This document shows, in pieces, positions 37,002-50,677 of a stretch of 64,000 nt of DNA. Numbering within the stretch: position 1 is the stretch's first letter; every line of letters starts with the position of its first letter. The notes beneath the pieces were generated by a model. That model had not been told where the DNA came from. It saw nothing but the letters and a program-made list of their open reading frames with translations, and ran no database searches. The translations under genes were made by a program, and so were the position numbers. The DNA comes from Utricularia gibba (lineage: Eukaryota; Plantae; Magnoliophyta): positions 5,766,001 through 5,830,000 of the forward strand of contig CM007990.1 of assembly GCA_002189035.1 (NCBI GenBank), read 5' to 3'.

Positions 37002-37772
37002 TTATGAGTTCTCAGTTTGTCTGTGAGCACAAATAGGGCATGTGTAAAAGATCGTCTGGCCTTCATCTGCGGATCGGATCTGAACAAATAGATGAGCTGG
37101 GTGAAGATGATGGGGCGGAACAAGCAGGCAGGAGTGATCGGTGGAACTCAAAAGAGTTTTTTTACCTGTCTGGCAACATAAGCCATACCCATATGTTGGC
37201 AAGCTTTGCACTTTGCGTTGTAATCCTGATGGATAAAAAAGCATTAGATAACTGCAAGTAGATGCAAAGCTGATGCCCAGAGAGGGAAGGCATGTCTCTA
37301 ACCATTTGTTTCAGCTCCCTCTCTTCTTCAATGTCATCGAGTGAAGACATACCCAACTCCCTCCTCAGATTCTGTAATGGAAACATTGATGAAATGAAAA
37401 GGCAACAGATACCCCCATGTGCCAAAGTATTCATCTCTATACAATCTTCAGGTAAATTCAGCATTTTTAATTAACAAGAACTACATGCAGCTTAGAGCAG
37501 CAATACTGATACCATTACTTGAAAAGCAACTCACCTCAGCACTGATAGTATAGCCAATCTTCTTGCGAGAAATCCCTGGTAGACGATAGGTTAATTTTTA
37601 AATAACTCAACGCCCATACATCTGTGAATCAAGAGAGGCTTTGAAGCTTACCTTTGATCCGCCTCGAAGAAGCGCAATGCAAGCATTTCAGGTGACCTGG
37701 AGAATCGAACGACATCATTGTTCCGCAAACTTGGCAAAACATGAAGTCTCGCTGACGACTGTACCCTTTCAT
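37002..37772 (-). CDS. RPA12: RNA polymerase I subunit RPA12 (two zinc ribbons), multi-exon
   Basis: FMFCQVCGTM..C..C N-terminal ribbon; C-terminal CKAC...RQ+IRSADEGQTIFYTCPIC. Confidence 0.92.
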
Positions 37773-38029
37773 CGTTGCGCGGGGATCGCGGAAGGAAAAC
37801 TCGTGCCAAGATTTCGGATTAGGGTTCTTCAACCAGGAATCAGAATTAAGGAAAGTGGTGGACCTGGGCCTAGTTTTCCGGCCCAGAGCACGACTGTTTT
37901 CATACATAACGACCGGAATGGCCCTAACTATTACATATGAAAGCGGTAGCATAGCCCCTGTATAGAACCCAACTGAACGGAGCTTCACAGGTTGTTTTAC
38001 AATGTTGAAGTTCAGGTATAGCAAAACAG

Positions 38030-39371
38030 CTATTGATCCTGCTTGTTTTCCGGTTTACCGCCGTGTCCAATCCGACTAGCAACGACGATGACAAGGATGA
38101 CAACTGAGAGTAGCAGTGAGGATCTAACCTTCTCCTCCAGATGGTTAATAGCCGCAAAGGTGGCTCCATCTTGACGGTAGAGGTGGAAAAGATCATGAAC
38201 CAGTGATGTGAAGCTCTCAATCAGTTGCAAAATCTTTGCTTTCGCGAATCCCATGATCAAGCTCAGGAGAAATTCCAGTATGTCTGCTGGTTGTTGTGGT
38301 TGGCTGCATCCCCCCATAAGTTTAATGTCATCCTCGCCTGTGAAAGAGAGGAGATCAGTAGTCTGATACGATACAGATCATGAATGTCAACGACATGTTC
38401 AATCAGTTGATTGAAGAAGGTTAACCTCTGGGCGGAATGGAGCTTTGAAATTCTTGAACTGCGTGGTTGTTCGTAACGGCATCCCAAACAGCTCTATCAG
38501 ATGAAATAGATATGACGGAATTCTGCATCTCATGAGAAAACAACGGCATAGGAGGGATGAAACCTCATAAAAATGGGATCTTGGTAAAGAAACATGTTGA
38601 TCAGGATATCTTCATATGCAAAACTATGAAATCACACAACATGGGATGATGCTAGGAAACATGACTTGGTGCTCTAGTAGGACAATCCCAACTCACGTTT
38701 GAGTAACTGATTTCTTGAAAAACATCGTGATTTCCCTATTGCAGGTACAAAGGAAGCATCATTGTAAAGCATAAGGCACACCTGGAGAGCAGGCTCATTC
38801 TGCATTGTGGAGAAAGCATCACGAAATTTTAGATATCCGGGAGCTTGAAGCACGCTTGGATCCTGTCTGATCAGCCTACGAACCTCTTCTGGTGAAGAAA
38901 CTGACACCCAATGCATAAACCTAAGCATGCCAGGATGCCGTCAGTCTAAACTAATTGCATTGCAAAAGTGTTCATATGCTTGCAATCTGTGATCTTGACT
39001 GAAAGAAATAACCAAAGTCACCACTCAGCAGTGCGAAACAGACCCCCCAAACCAAGAAATCCCTAACTGAAAGACGCCAATGGGGGAATCGAGAAGTTTA
39101 AGATATATCACCCAGAATTCTCTCCCACTTCCGCCATGACAAAAAGTGAAATTGACTTCAGAAATTCAGTGCGTAATCCTTCGATTTCGTACCTCCGGAG
39201 AGTAACAATGGCCCTTTCAACTTCATTTCGTGTCGGAACTGGACCCAGAATGGAATCCCTTCCGCTGCGAGGACCATCCCACGTGTCGTCTCGAATCGGG
39301 GCCGATGAACCACCGTGAATGAGGCGTCCGGCAGAGGAACCGCTGCCTGTAAACATGGAGTCACTTCCCAT
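38030..39371 (-). CDS. Uncharacterised conserved plant protein (UCP012943-like), multi-exon; start codon uncertain
   Basis: GPVPTRNEVERAI, ISSDRAVWDAV.NN.AVQEF, and a C-terminal hydrophobic EEKVRSSLLLSVVILVIVV segment. Confidence 0.72.
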
Positions 39372-39658
39372 GGGCACTGCTGTTATCTGCAATGAGCGAA
39401 GGAACAGTGTGATAAATATCTTTATCTTGTCCTTTTTTCCTAATTTCCTCCCAAAATATCTTCCATTTTCTTCTTCATTTTTTCTTTTCAAAAGCTTCAC
39501 GGCATTCTTACAAATGGCTGATGCTTCTGATTCTTCGAGCTCACCAATCAAAAAACAAGGGAGATATCTCTTCTCCATTTCTCACCAGTAAAACATTCCT
39601 ACTAAAAATTCAACCAAAATCGCCATTTTCGATCCATTGTTGGGCGCTGGATCACACA

Positions 39659-40618
39659 ATGGCGGAGAGGACGTACGTCAAGATCAACGCCGATCATCAT
39701 TCCACCGAGAACATCACCCCCGGCGAGCTAAATCAAGCCATTGACATCGAAAGGGTGAGATGCGTTCATGTTGCGCAACGCTCCTCTCCGTTTCCGATCA
39801 TATCAATGGCATGTAGCGTTTTTTTCTGTGATGGTGGTGACAGTTGACCGCCCGTGTCTGCGAGCAATGTGGGCAACCCTTGCCGGCATCGTACACGCCT
39901 CCCGCCGACGAGGATTGGACGACGGGGATCTTCGGCTGTGCTGAAGACGCCGATAGCTGTAAGATGCTGCACATACATAAGGATCCTATATGTACTAGTA
40001 ACCTTTGTTGTGCTTCTACGATCGTGTCTGTGGCAGGCTTGACAGGTATGTTCTGCCCCTGCATCCAATTCGGCCGCAATGTCGCGGCGTTGAACGACGA
40101 TATATCAGAGAGGCAGGCGTGCGTGAGCCATGTTGTGTGCGTGGAAGGCGGCATTACCCTCGCCGCACTGATGGCTGCGTCGACTGGTTTCATCGACCCC
40201 GACACCGTTTGCCTACTCACCGAGGGGCTTCTCTTCGCCTGGTGGGTATGCGCCATCTACACAGGAATGGGGCGTCAGTTGCTCCAAAGGAAGTATCACC
40301 TCAAGGTAAAGCAAGAAACAGCACGCTAATCCCCTGTGCACAAACATGAAGATTGTTTTATAGAAGTTTCTCAACCAATGATCCCAGGACTCCCCATGTG
40401 ACCCATGCATGGTTCATTGCTGCCTCCACTGGTGTGCGCTATGCCAAGAGCACAGGGAGATGAGGAACCACTTGAATGAGATAAACTTAGAGCCGACGTC
40501 GGTGAACCCTCCCCAACCCCCAGAGATGAAGCTTACCACAGAGAATCAGGCTTCTCCGGCATCATCATCTTCTCGGAGGAGCTCTGGTGAGAACAATTTG
40601 CAACTACAACCATTGTGA
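39659..40618 (+). CDS. PLAC8 / cell number regulator (CNR6-like) protein; 4 exons
   Basis: WTTGIFGC, FCPCIQFGRN, RQLLQRKYHLK and CMVHCCLHWCALCQEHREM. Confidence 0.92.
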
Positions 40619-40969
40619 AAGCACTACAAGGATTTGATTAGATGGACAAGAATAAATTGCTCTTTAAGTGAATGGCCCTGCCGGATCCGGTGGAGAAGTT
40701 ACTCAGCATTACATATCAATAGGACAGTTTCAAGTTCTAGATTCAGATTTGAGTATGAAGTGCCAAATATATAATGTAGCCAGCAAGCATGTTATCATAG
40801 CACGGGAGCTTTGAGTTTTGGCAAACAGCTATTGAGGTTTTGGGTACAATTCCCCACTTTCCATGAGGCTGTGCATGTGTTATTTGCTACAATATTTGAA
40901 AAACAAAAAAAAACCCTCCATGGGTTTCGAGATCAAAGGGTTGTTACGTGCCTGCCTCAAGAAATGAGC

Positions 40970-42626
40970 TTAGACTGAAATCCCATAATTGCTGATCTTT
41001 GTAACTTCTGCCGACATTGCGCTACGTTCTTTCTTTAAGTCTTTTGCGAGGTTTGCTACCTGAAACAGAGGAGGTGACAACGATGGTAAAAAGAAGTCTG
41101 ACCGGATGAAGCATGGGGAACAATATGTGGCTGTATACATACTTGTTTTCGAAACCGTGATGCTTCAATACTGGGAAGATCTTTGAGCGCATCCTTCAAG
41201 CCTGACATCAATGAGCTGAACAAATTGGAGATCGCACAACATTTTGGATGATGTTGGATAAACGATATCAGGTTACTCACCACTCGCTTGTCTTTCAATC
41301 TTATAGGCAGACACTATGGCGCTTTGTATTTGCTTTCCTGCTTGCCTGTGATGATAAGAGTTGGACTACATAAAACTAACAGATAACCAGACGTGCTAAT
41401 TACAGAAGTAAATACAGACTTAAGTTTGGTTCGTCCTCTCACAAGGTCATCTTCAGCTTGCAAGGCCCTCTTCTGGCATGGCAAACGCAATAATGAGATT
41501 TCAACACAAGCTTTGCTTCGTACTCAGTGCAACCTTTCACTGTAGAGAAAAACAACCAAAGTCCTTTATGAGGAAAAATAATACCTCTAATTTTTCTCCT
41601 TCAAGCTTTAAGAGATCAAATGATTGTTTCAACTCCTTCACCTTCGCATCAGCTCTAGCTAGCAATTTCTGCAACAAGATAATATATCCTTTAGTTTCCG
41701 TGCTCAATAGACAATAACTAACGTGCTTGAGATACTTCAACCAGATATTTCGCTTTATCCTTTGACATTAAAACATAGTACGGTGCAGGAAATCAGTAAA
41801 TTCAATCACATCACTTAATTATGGAAACCACATTATTGGGATGGAAAACTTGATTAGTCACCTCTTCACTAACAAAGACGCGCATGGTTCTGTAGAATAA
41901 AAATTGTCTGCTTCCTGCAGACACATATTCAATAAATATATGCAAAAGCGAAGAGGCAGAGTGAAGAGTGAATGACCAAATTACTTTTTAGACCGAGAAA
42001 TCCCGCACTAAGAACAGCCCCAGTTGTTATAAACGGATGAGATGAGGAGAGAAGAATGCCATCTGCAAGAAAGTAGCACGATAAAGAAGAGAAGCCAATG
42101 TATGTAAAACAGCAGAGGATTTATGCCCTCGAATGAAGAAACACTGCAAGGAGCAGACCTTTAATTTTCCCAAAGGCAATAACCTCATATTTGCAATATT
42201 CAGACCTCATGCTCTGGAAAGAATCCCGCAACATATACTACGAATCCACAAACAATTTTCATTAGACTCAAATCAAGAACTTATGGGGTCAAATCAAACA
42301 ACAATATTGATGCACAGCCACCAGCATTTTGTCTTTCAAATTACAAGAAAAAAATGCTGATCAATCAGAAAAAAAGGCGTCACCATCGATTGATCGAAAT
42401 GAGCCGAACCCGTCGTTACAAACCGATCAATTCGCGATCCAGCGACTTTAAATGCGTCATTGAGAGAGTCGGCAATGTCCTTCTGCGCCGTTAGAGCCTG
42501 CGCCACCACTTCATCCATCCAAGGAGCAACCCCGTCGATTAACGCCGCCGCCGATTTTTTATCATTTTTTCTCAAAACATCAGCCGCCGCATCTCGTCCC
42601 GGCGATTCATCCGCGTTCGCCCCCAT
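40970..42626 (-). CDS. RHIP1: RGS1-HXK1-interacting protein 1-like, multi-exon
   Basis: LLARADAKVKELKQSFDLLKLEGEKLE, GLKDALKDLPSIEASRFRKQ and C-terminal EVTKISNYGISV*. Confidence 0.85.
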
Positions 42627-43060
42627 TTTTCACCTCTCTTCAAGTGTATGCGCAGATTCTCTAGTCTCTACTGCAGATCATACACAGCAATCCAGCCGGC
42701 TAACACTCAGAGCTGCTGGCCCAGAACCAAACAGAAGAAAGCCCATGGGCCTCGTACCCATCTCATACGTGTATGGGCTTGATCCATTGAACAAGACATT
42801 AACCGAAAATGCGATCATCTATTCTCAGAAGAGAGTAGTTCTTTGGTCGTGATCCACAAAGAGCTTGGCTCAGAGGATCTATTCCATCCATTTTTTAAGT
42901 CTCGTTTTCTTCTCAACACAATGACTGCTTATTCAGTAACAAGGCCAAAGTAGCGATCATGTTTTAGCTGGTATCACAGGCGATAAGCACTACACAGATA
43001 TATATTACAGCAGACAACGACAATGGCCATAGCTGATCATGTTGGAAGAGCAGATGCTAT

Positions 43061-44669
43061 TCACTCGATGGGGATGTTGCGTCGGGAGGTGGAGGTTCCG
43101 CTGGAAGACTGACTAATGGTTTCTCTGTTTGGTCGTGAAACACCATCTCCAAAATACTCAAGCAGCGACGGATTCCATCCACCCCAGCCGGTCCAATTTC
43201 CCAAGTCATCGAATAGGTTTCTAGCAGAGCCTGCGCATAGAATTGCAGTTTCAGGGAAGCAAAAGAGCACAGGTTCATGGTAGCTGACGATGGATTTCAC
43301 GAGGAATCCAATATTTCCGAGACAGACTAATGAACAAGCATGTGATCTTTTGTCATGGGATGAGAACAGGGAATTTCATGCATAGCAGAGGATGCATCAT
43401 GTTTCCATCTTATACTTCCCTGGCTCTAAAGATTACTTGAAAAGCAGAAAAACGAAGCTAAATAATATAGAAGAACCAATACTGTTCAAATCACCTGCAT
43501 TTTCGAGAAAATTGAAGCCATTGCTCCATCCAGGAAACGCTTTGTTGGCATTGTTTTGCCAATTCTCTTGGAAACCAACTAGCTCATCTATGCGCGAAAT
43601 AAATAATAATAATAAATTTTAAGCAAATGGATCTGCATCAAAGAAAGGGAAAAAAAATGATACCTTCATTCAAATTGTGCAAAGTCTCCAAGGAATTAAC
43701 TTGGCCACTGGCACTCTTTCTAGTCGAGATAGAGTGTCCCTGAAAATGCCTTGGATAAATCAGCGATTTGTTGCAGGTTCTCTCATTATGAACTCACTAC
43801 TATCCACAGCACAAAGGGAAAGTAAGGCCCCTGGTTCATCAGTAATTCACCTTATCATGAATTCCCTTAGAAACTGTGTTCACAGATTCACCAACAATCT
43901 TATCTTCTTCATTCATCTCCATCAAAAACACCTTTATAAGAGTCATAAGGATCAAATGTGAGGTGTATGATGGATAAATATCACAGTAAGGTGTTTCTGT
44001 AAAATACGGGTTCTGCAGCTTATTTCAACCATTAGTAACTCCTTGCGGAACTCAAAAGAGTATCATTGATAAGTTTCATCTCAATAAATTACTCACCCCA
44101 TCATCACCTGTTCTTTTACCAACAGAAGAGGTGTAGTATACCCCATCTGAACCACCAACTGCCACTCTCTGGAAAGAGAAGCTCTGAAACCCTGTTCGAA
44201 AATTCGCATTTTTACGTCATTTTACAGGAAGATCAGGTAGCGTGACGCTGTTAACCAGTCAATAAGAATAAAAAGATCACGTATCAACCATCCCAAACAT
44301 TTCAGTCTAATGAACATCACTCTAAGGTAACCAACAGAAGTAAAACTTTAGAAAAATCAATCTCTCGCAAGCGACCAAAGTGTTCAAACAGAAGGATAAA
44401 TAAAACTTACCGCCTGGGTTTCCATTCTGACTATTGGCAGAAAGTTCCTTCCCAAACACATTGTCCTTCGTAACAGTATCTCCACCATCATTCTCATTTG
44501 GATTAATCTCCTCAATGCTAATTCTTTGCCGAGAATTCCCAGACTGATTACCAAAGGGATTGGAGAAGAAGGGATTATCAAAGGGGTTCCTTTCACCGAA
44601 TAAGCCGCCATAAGGCTGAGTGAAGAACGGGTGGTCGAATGGATCTTTGCCTCCAAAGAACCCAGCCAT
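43061..44669 (-). CDS. Myeloid leukemia factor (MLF)-like plant protein, multi-exon; non-coding 5' exon with a donor after 44951
   Basis: FFGGKDPFDHPFF start, SFSFQRVAVGGSDGVYYTSS, VNTVSKGIHDK+GHSI, and TLHNLNE+DEL. Confidence 0.75.
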
Positions 44670-45111
44670 TCTATTCAATGCATAAAAAAGAACATATAAT
44701 CAACAACTTATGGAGCCAGTATGAAGTTATTAGTCATGCAAAAAGGAAGCAATGATGAGACGGAAGATTAGTATTGCACTGCGGTTGAAAGTAAGCTACA
44801 CTCGCCCCGGAAAACAAGTAATTTTCGAAAGAGCGACAGAAAAAAACTAATGACGCCAAAACATGATGCCTGCTTTTGGATTCATCAATACTTAGAGAAA
44901 CCTTTTAGAATCGAAGCGTGAGAAAACGGAGAGCACATACAGACCCTCACCTTCGTGTCAATGATTCGGTTGTAGAAGCTAAAATCTCAGGAACGCAAGC
45001 GCGAAATAGTGACGCGAAGCCACCCACGCGAAATCTTGTGAACCTTCTGGAAACGGGAATCAATCAAGAATAAAAAATAAAAAACGTTAAGATATGGAAA
45101 ACTAAAAATGG

Positions 45112-45184
45112 CGCCCACCGTGGGGCTCGAACCCACGACCACAAGGTTAAGAGCCTTGCGCTCTACCGACTGAGCTAGACGGGC
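45112..45184 (-). tRNA. trnK-CUU: tRNA-Lys, anticodon CUU
   Basis: The reverse complement reads GCCCGTCTAGCTCAGTCGGTAGAGCGCAAGGCTCTTAACCTTGTGGTCGTGGGTTCGAGCCCCACGGTGGGCG (73 nt), with A and B boxes and a T5 Pol III terminator just downstream. Confidence 0.98.
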
Positions 45185-45381
45185 TTGTTTGTTGAATGCT
45201 TAATTATCTTTAAAAGTAAAAAATCAACAATCAACCACTTGTTAAAAACCGACTAACTGGTTAATTTCAGAAGTGATGTACACTAAACTTTACAATTTTC
45301 AGACAAGAAGGGGAACCTAGGAGTGTGGAAAGCCCTCATCACTTCTCCCCGTGAATCGGGATGAATGATACAACAAGGCAA

Positions 45382-47417
45382 CTAACAGTCAAGTTGGAGA
45401 GGGGCTATCAAACCGAAGTTACCTCTACACAATCCCACCATTACAGGATAGGCCATCACTGCAATCCCCCCGGGATCAAGTCCGCAAGCAGAGTCATACC
45501 ATTTGGGATTTTCATGGTAGAAACTGTCAACTTGTACGTCTGGATCAACCGCCTCGTCGTGTCTCAAGGGCTTGATGGGATGATCTTCGGGACTGCCACA
45601 GCCAAGAATGCCCTTCTGATCAAAATCGCTGTACTTGAGCCACTTGGAGGTTTTACAAGTCTCACCCACCAGATCTCTTTCGTTCCTGCACTCTGTCCTC
45701 ATTCTACCCCAAGATGCAACTTCCCCCAGAGTTCTCCCAAACCCATCCTCATCGTCTTCGATAACATCTGTTTCCTTTGCAACATCATATATCCTTGCAT
45801 GATGATCATCGCCCCAATCAGACAAATCATGCTCCACAACTAGAAGATCCTCCAGATGTGACTTCTCTGACAGCAGCCCACTTGATTTCAGTCCATCGTC
45901 CCCAACATTCCTTAGCTTGTTTGCAATCTCAAACAGCTCACGGGACACTGAACCTAGAAGTGGAGATGGCATTTTCGAAATTCTTTCCTCGAGTAATCCC
46001 AACTCCCTCCTCAGCTCCTGCACCTGCTGGAGAACAAGGTCCGCTGGGTCCTTACTATAAAACCCAAAAGCCTCGTTTTCTCCATCTTCAGTCATCCCAT
46101 AAACGGTCTCGTAATCCATTACAAACCCCCTTTATGGCCAACCATACGGTGCATTATCCTGGCATTCCCATCCAATGGCCCTGGTTCGTGCCCAGAGTGT
46201 ACAGCATACAGCTTAAACACTGCTGTTCCCTCCTCCTCATACACAAACGTCTTAGCCTTATCATTGTAATTTGATATTGGAACGATTGCCCGTATCCGAA
46301 ATCCACATCCACACCTTTTGGATGTGTATGGCTCTCTTTTCAAGATCCGGGATTTCTTTGATGAAGCAGGTTCCCCTGCTCTATGGCACGCATAATCCTT
46401 GACCTCAGCCATAAATGGCTTATACCGAATATACTTTTGTCGAATGCACAGCACCACCTTATGCTTCGCAGCCAATTGTTGCAACTTTATGGGAACTTCC
46501 TTGGCTGGAACTTCAAGAGATTCTGTATATTCGAACCTCCGCCTCTTTGACCTAGGAGCACATCCAGAAGACTCGTCAGAGCAAATGGGACAGGAAGACA
46601 CACATGTCCTGATATAACTCTCCGGGATACCATAAAATTTTGCCCCAACTGTCCAAAACTGTTTGATTCTGTCTATTGTTTCTTTCAACCCCAAGTGCTT
46701 AAAATCCGCATCGCAATGGAACGACATAACAATGTCCTGCCACTGATCAATATGGGAAACGAACTGATTGGAATTGTTCTTAAAACATATGTAATGGCTG
46801 CTGTTACCCGTCACGGTGGCAGCCTGCTGCGGCACTTGCACAGCCAATTTATCTTGTATGCGCTTCCACGCCGTTAAATACGCAGTATCCTCATTACGAT
46901 CCTTCCACACCGATCGCCAGCTGGATAGTACGGCGGGCGGTGTAGCAGCACGAATCTCCTCCGGTGTCGCTAATCGGCCCTCAATTAGGCATTGGACCAT
47001 TAGGGCATGCGATTCCCTGTTGAAGGTATAAAATTGGGAAGAAATATGAGGCTCGGGACTAACGCAAAACCTCTGCTGATCAATTGGCCGCTTATTCCGC
47101 ATCATCATCGAGTGATTTGGCATGCTAGGGTTCTGCAACGGCTCTCCTCCAGCAGTCGCCCGGAGAGGGAGCTCGGTGTCAGAAGAGTTGGGACTGACTG
47201 CATCATCCTCCTCGTCACGGAGGAGGTCGATCTCAGCCAGGGAGAATGCTTCCTCGTCAATTGAAGGATGGGCGTGTGCATTCGGAGGCACCATGAATTG
47301 CTCATGTGGCGGCGCCTGCGGCGACCCCAGATGTTGGAATGGATCATCCTCTATCTTGCTCGGATTCATACTTCCGCGGGAGAATTGTGGAGGGAGCTGG
47401 AACCTCAGCTGCTGCAT
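45382..47417 (-). CDS. Uncharacterised intronless protein with an integrase-type HHCC zinc motif and a FAR1/WRKY-GCM1-like motif; apparent 1-nt deletion at 46126-46130; start could be 47507
   Basis: ORFs 46119-47507 and 45382-46119 join as HKGGFVMDYETVYG if one base is added to the C5 run. Motifs: H-x6-H-x34-C-x2-C and YACHRAG...SKRCGCGFRIRA...HSGH. Confidence 0.8.
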
Positions 47418-48182
47418 GTGGAATACGCTCGGTGGTCTCTGGCGCTGAACATAGAGAGAGAAAGAGCGAGCATGAGAGAAAGAGAGAGAGACAGTGAGAG
47501 GATGCATTTACCCTAATACCCTTCCCTTTGTCGGCCCAACCTGCCATACCTGGGCCCAGAATCACTATTAAAAAAACTGTTTGGGTATTTTTTGTGTATT
47601 TTCTATATTCCGCATAATCGTCGGTCGTGTGGGCCCCGCACACCAAGAGAGAATCCTGTGTGAAATCGTTCCCGTCGGTGCATCGGTCCATGGGAGCCGC
47701 CATGTTCATCACGTGTGTATGCTGAATGAAATTTCCACCATTTTCATTAATTAATTATATAATAGAAAAGAAAATAATATATATTAGTTATTTATAATAG
47801 TGTGATTTTCTTTGAAAAAATTATAATTCTAAATGAGTGTTTTAAAAATAATTTTATTATTAAATACGAATAAAATATGAATTAAGTAGTAGTTAACAAA
47901 GTGGATTTATACAATATGAATATTTGATTTTAATATCTTTTATAATAAATTCGATATGCGGTTGCAGCTCGCACCAAAATAAGGGCTTGGAACGGACCGT
48001 TTTGTACCTGATGCAGTAACGGTAGTACATTCCCAAGTTATCGAACAAGTTTGCCTGCGAGGGCGATTGGAGGATGCCATTGCAAGGAAGCGAGCTTCTT
48101 TCCTTTGGCGAAGTGCGCGAATTACGGTCGGAGGCGTTGGAGAGGGTGAAGTATAATATGGAGTAGTGGGGGAGGAGGGAAA

Positions 48183-50677
48183 ATGGCTCATCCATATCCT
48201 CCGTCATCCAGGAATCGGATCTGGCGGCAATGGCGTCTCTTCGACATTATGACTGCAGCTTTGTTTGGAGCAGTCATGGTTTTCTTTCTTGTGAGTTTCT
48301 CTCCGTCGGGGAACTCCCAATCCACGGCAAGAAGGCAGTCCAGCGGTTTAGATCCGCACTATCGCCAGAGAGTAACTGCGCTCTTAGAGACTGGGGAAAG
48401 GGTGGAGGAGATCGTGGCTTGTCCTGCTGAAATGGTGGATCATATGCCTTGCGAGGATCCCAGGACTAATAGCCATCTCAGCCGAGAGATGAATTATTAT
48501 AGGGAGAGGCATTGCCCGAGAGCGGATGAAACGCCGCTCTGCTTGATTCCAGCGCCTGAAGGGTACCGGGTTCCAGTCCCATGGCCGGAAAGTCTTCACA
48601 AGGTGAATTCTTTTGAACTCATGTTATCAGTATTGTTTAGAGAAAGTTGAAAGCTATCGTTGGCGTTATTGCTAATCTGGGGTTGCACTATTTAGCCCGA
48701 GATTTGTTTTCATTTTAGTATCCCATAAAGATGCGGAAGCTGTTGTTGTGATCTGTGGTTATTGTTTTCATTTTGAAAGCTGTTGTTGTGATTTGTAGCG
48801 AGTTTTATGTAATTGGGAGCCTTGTAGTTATGAGTTATGGATAATGACGCTTTCATGTTTTCTTAATGCCTATTCTTCCTTGTTCAGAGCAGATATGGCA
48901 TGATAACATGCCTTATAACAAAATTGCTGACAGGAAAGGCCACCAGGGATGGATGAAAAGGGAAGGTCCTTATTTCATATTTCCCGGTGGTGGCACGATG
49001 TTTCCAGATGGGGCTGTCGAGTATATTCAGAAGCTTAAGAAGTTCATACCTCTCAGTGGAGGAACTCTGAGAACAGCTCTTGATATGGGATGTGGGGTAT
49101 TACATTTCTTCTGGATCTTGCAGATTGCTTTGCAATTTTATGCCAATTGGTGGTGCCTTTCTACTGATCACTCAATGTTTTCTTGTGTTAGGTTGCTAGT
49201 TTTGGTGGGTACATGCTATCTGAGGGTATTCTGACGGTTTCCTTTGCTCCAAGGGACTCCCACAAATCACAGATTCAGTTTGCACTAGAGAGGGGAATAC
49301 CAGCTTTTGTTGCTATGCTTGGCACTCGTAGACTTCCGTTTCCTGGTTTCTCTTTTGATGTGGTGCACTGCTCCCGGTGTTTGATCCCTTTCACTGCGTA
49401 TAGTAAGTTCTTTTCTGTTTTATGAACTACTGTCTACTGGGCCTGACGTTTCATTTGTATTCCACTGCTGTACCAACTTGAAAACTGACATTTCCATTTA
49501 CAGATGCAACATACTTTCTTGAAGTTGATCGATTACTTCGACCAGGAGGATATCTGATCATCTCAGGCCCACCGGTTCAATGGCCTAAACAACAAAAAGA
49601 ATGGGCTGATCTCCAGGCAGTGGCCAAAGCAATGTGCTATCGCCTCATTGTTGTTGAAGGGAGCACAGCCATATGGAAAAAGCCAGATCGTGACACTTGT
49701 TTTCCGAATCAGAACAATTTTGGTCTTGAGCTTTGTGATAAATCTGAAAATCCGAATCTTGCTTGGTAGGAAACACTGACGTGGATATCAATAGTATTTA
49801 TCTTCCACGTTATTCATCATCGTTACAATTTTGCTGAGTGAACTCTGAACTTGCAGGTACTACAAGTTAAAGAGATGTGTCACTCGTCCCCTCGAACAGA
49901 TCTCCATTGGGATGATGCCTAAGTGGCCCCAGAGGTTAACAAAAGCACCTTCACGACACAATCTGATAGACAGTGCAGTCAGTTTGGTTGAAGCTGATGA
50001 TCAAATCTGGACAACAAGAGTAGCCATGTACAAGAATTCATTGAATGTCAAGTTAGGTACCCCTTCAATAAGAAACATAATGGACATGAATTCGCATTTT
50101 GGAGGTTTCGCAGCTGCCTTGGTATCTGACCCCGTCTGGGTGATGAATGTCGTCCCTTCTACTGTAAACTCGACTCTCGACATCATCTACGACCGAGGCC
50201 TTATCGGAGTTTACCATGACTGGTAAGTAGGAGTTTTTCTTCCCAAGTCCTGCTGCAGCTTCTCTTTATTTGCCATGAAAGTTGATGTGATTCGATGCTG
50301 CCAGGTGCGAGCCATTCTCAACCTACCCTCGTACATATGATCTGATTCATGCTTCTGATCTGGCATCTCTGGTAAAGGATCCCTCTTCCGGGAATACCAG
50401 GTAAGCCCTATCCGTCTAGCATTGCCCTCTGTTCATTGATTTTGAAGCGGCATGCATCTGCAGGTGCAATCTGATCGATGTTATGGTGGAAATCGATCGA
50501 ATCCTGCGGCCTGAAGGCACCTTCATACTTCACGACACACCGGAATCTATCACAAAAATCGAGCGAATATCTGGTGCTATGCGATGGAAGACTCGCGTGC
50601 ACGAAGGGGATGAAGAAACAAAGAGACTTCTGATAGCATCAAAAACCATAAGGAAGCCTACTTCTGCCACCTCCTGA
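48183..50677 (+). CDS. QUA3: PMT/DUF248 family putative pectin methyltransferase, PMT13/QUA3-like, multi-exon
   Basis: [15 protein letters not shown] anchor, [44 protein letters not shown] and RNIMDMN. Confidence 0.92.

Noticed and set aside
38259-38269. AAGCTCAGGAG, matching the first 11 nt of miR390
   Set aside because: The match stops at 11 nt, lies antisense within a coding exon, and has no hairpin partner.
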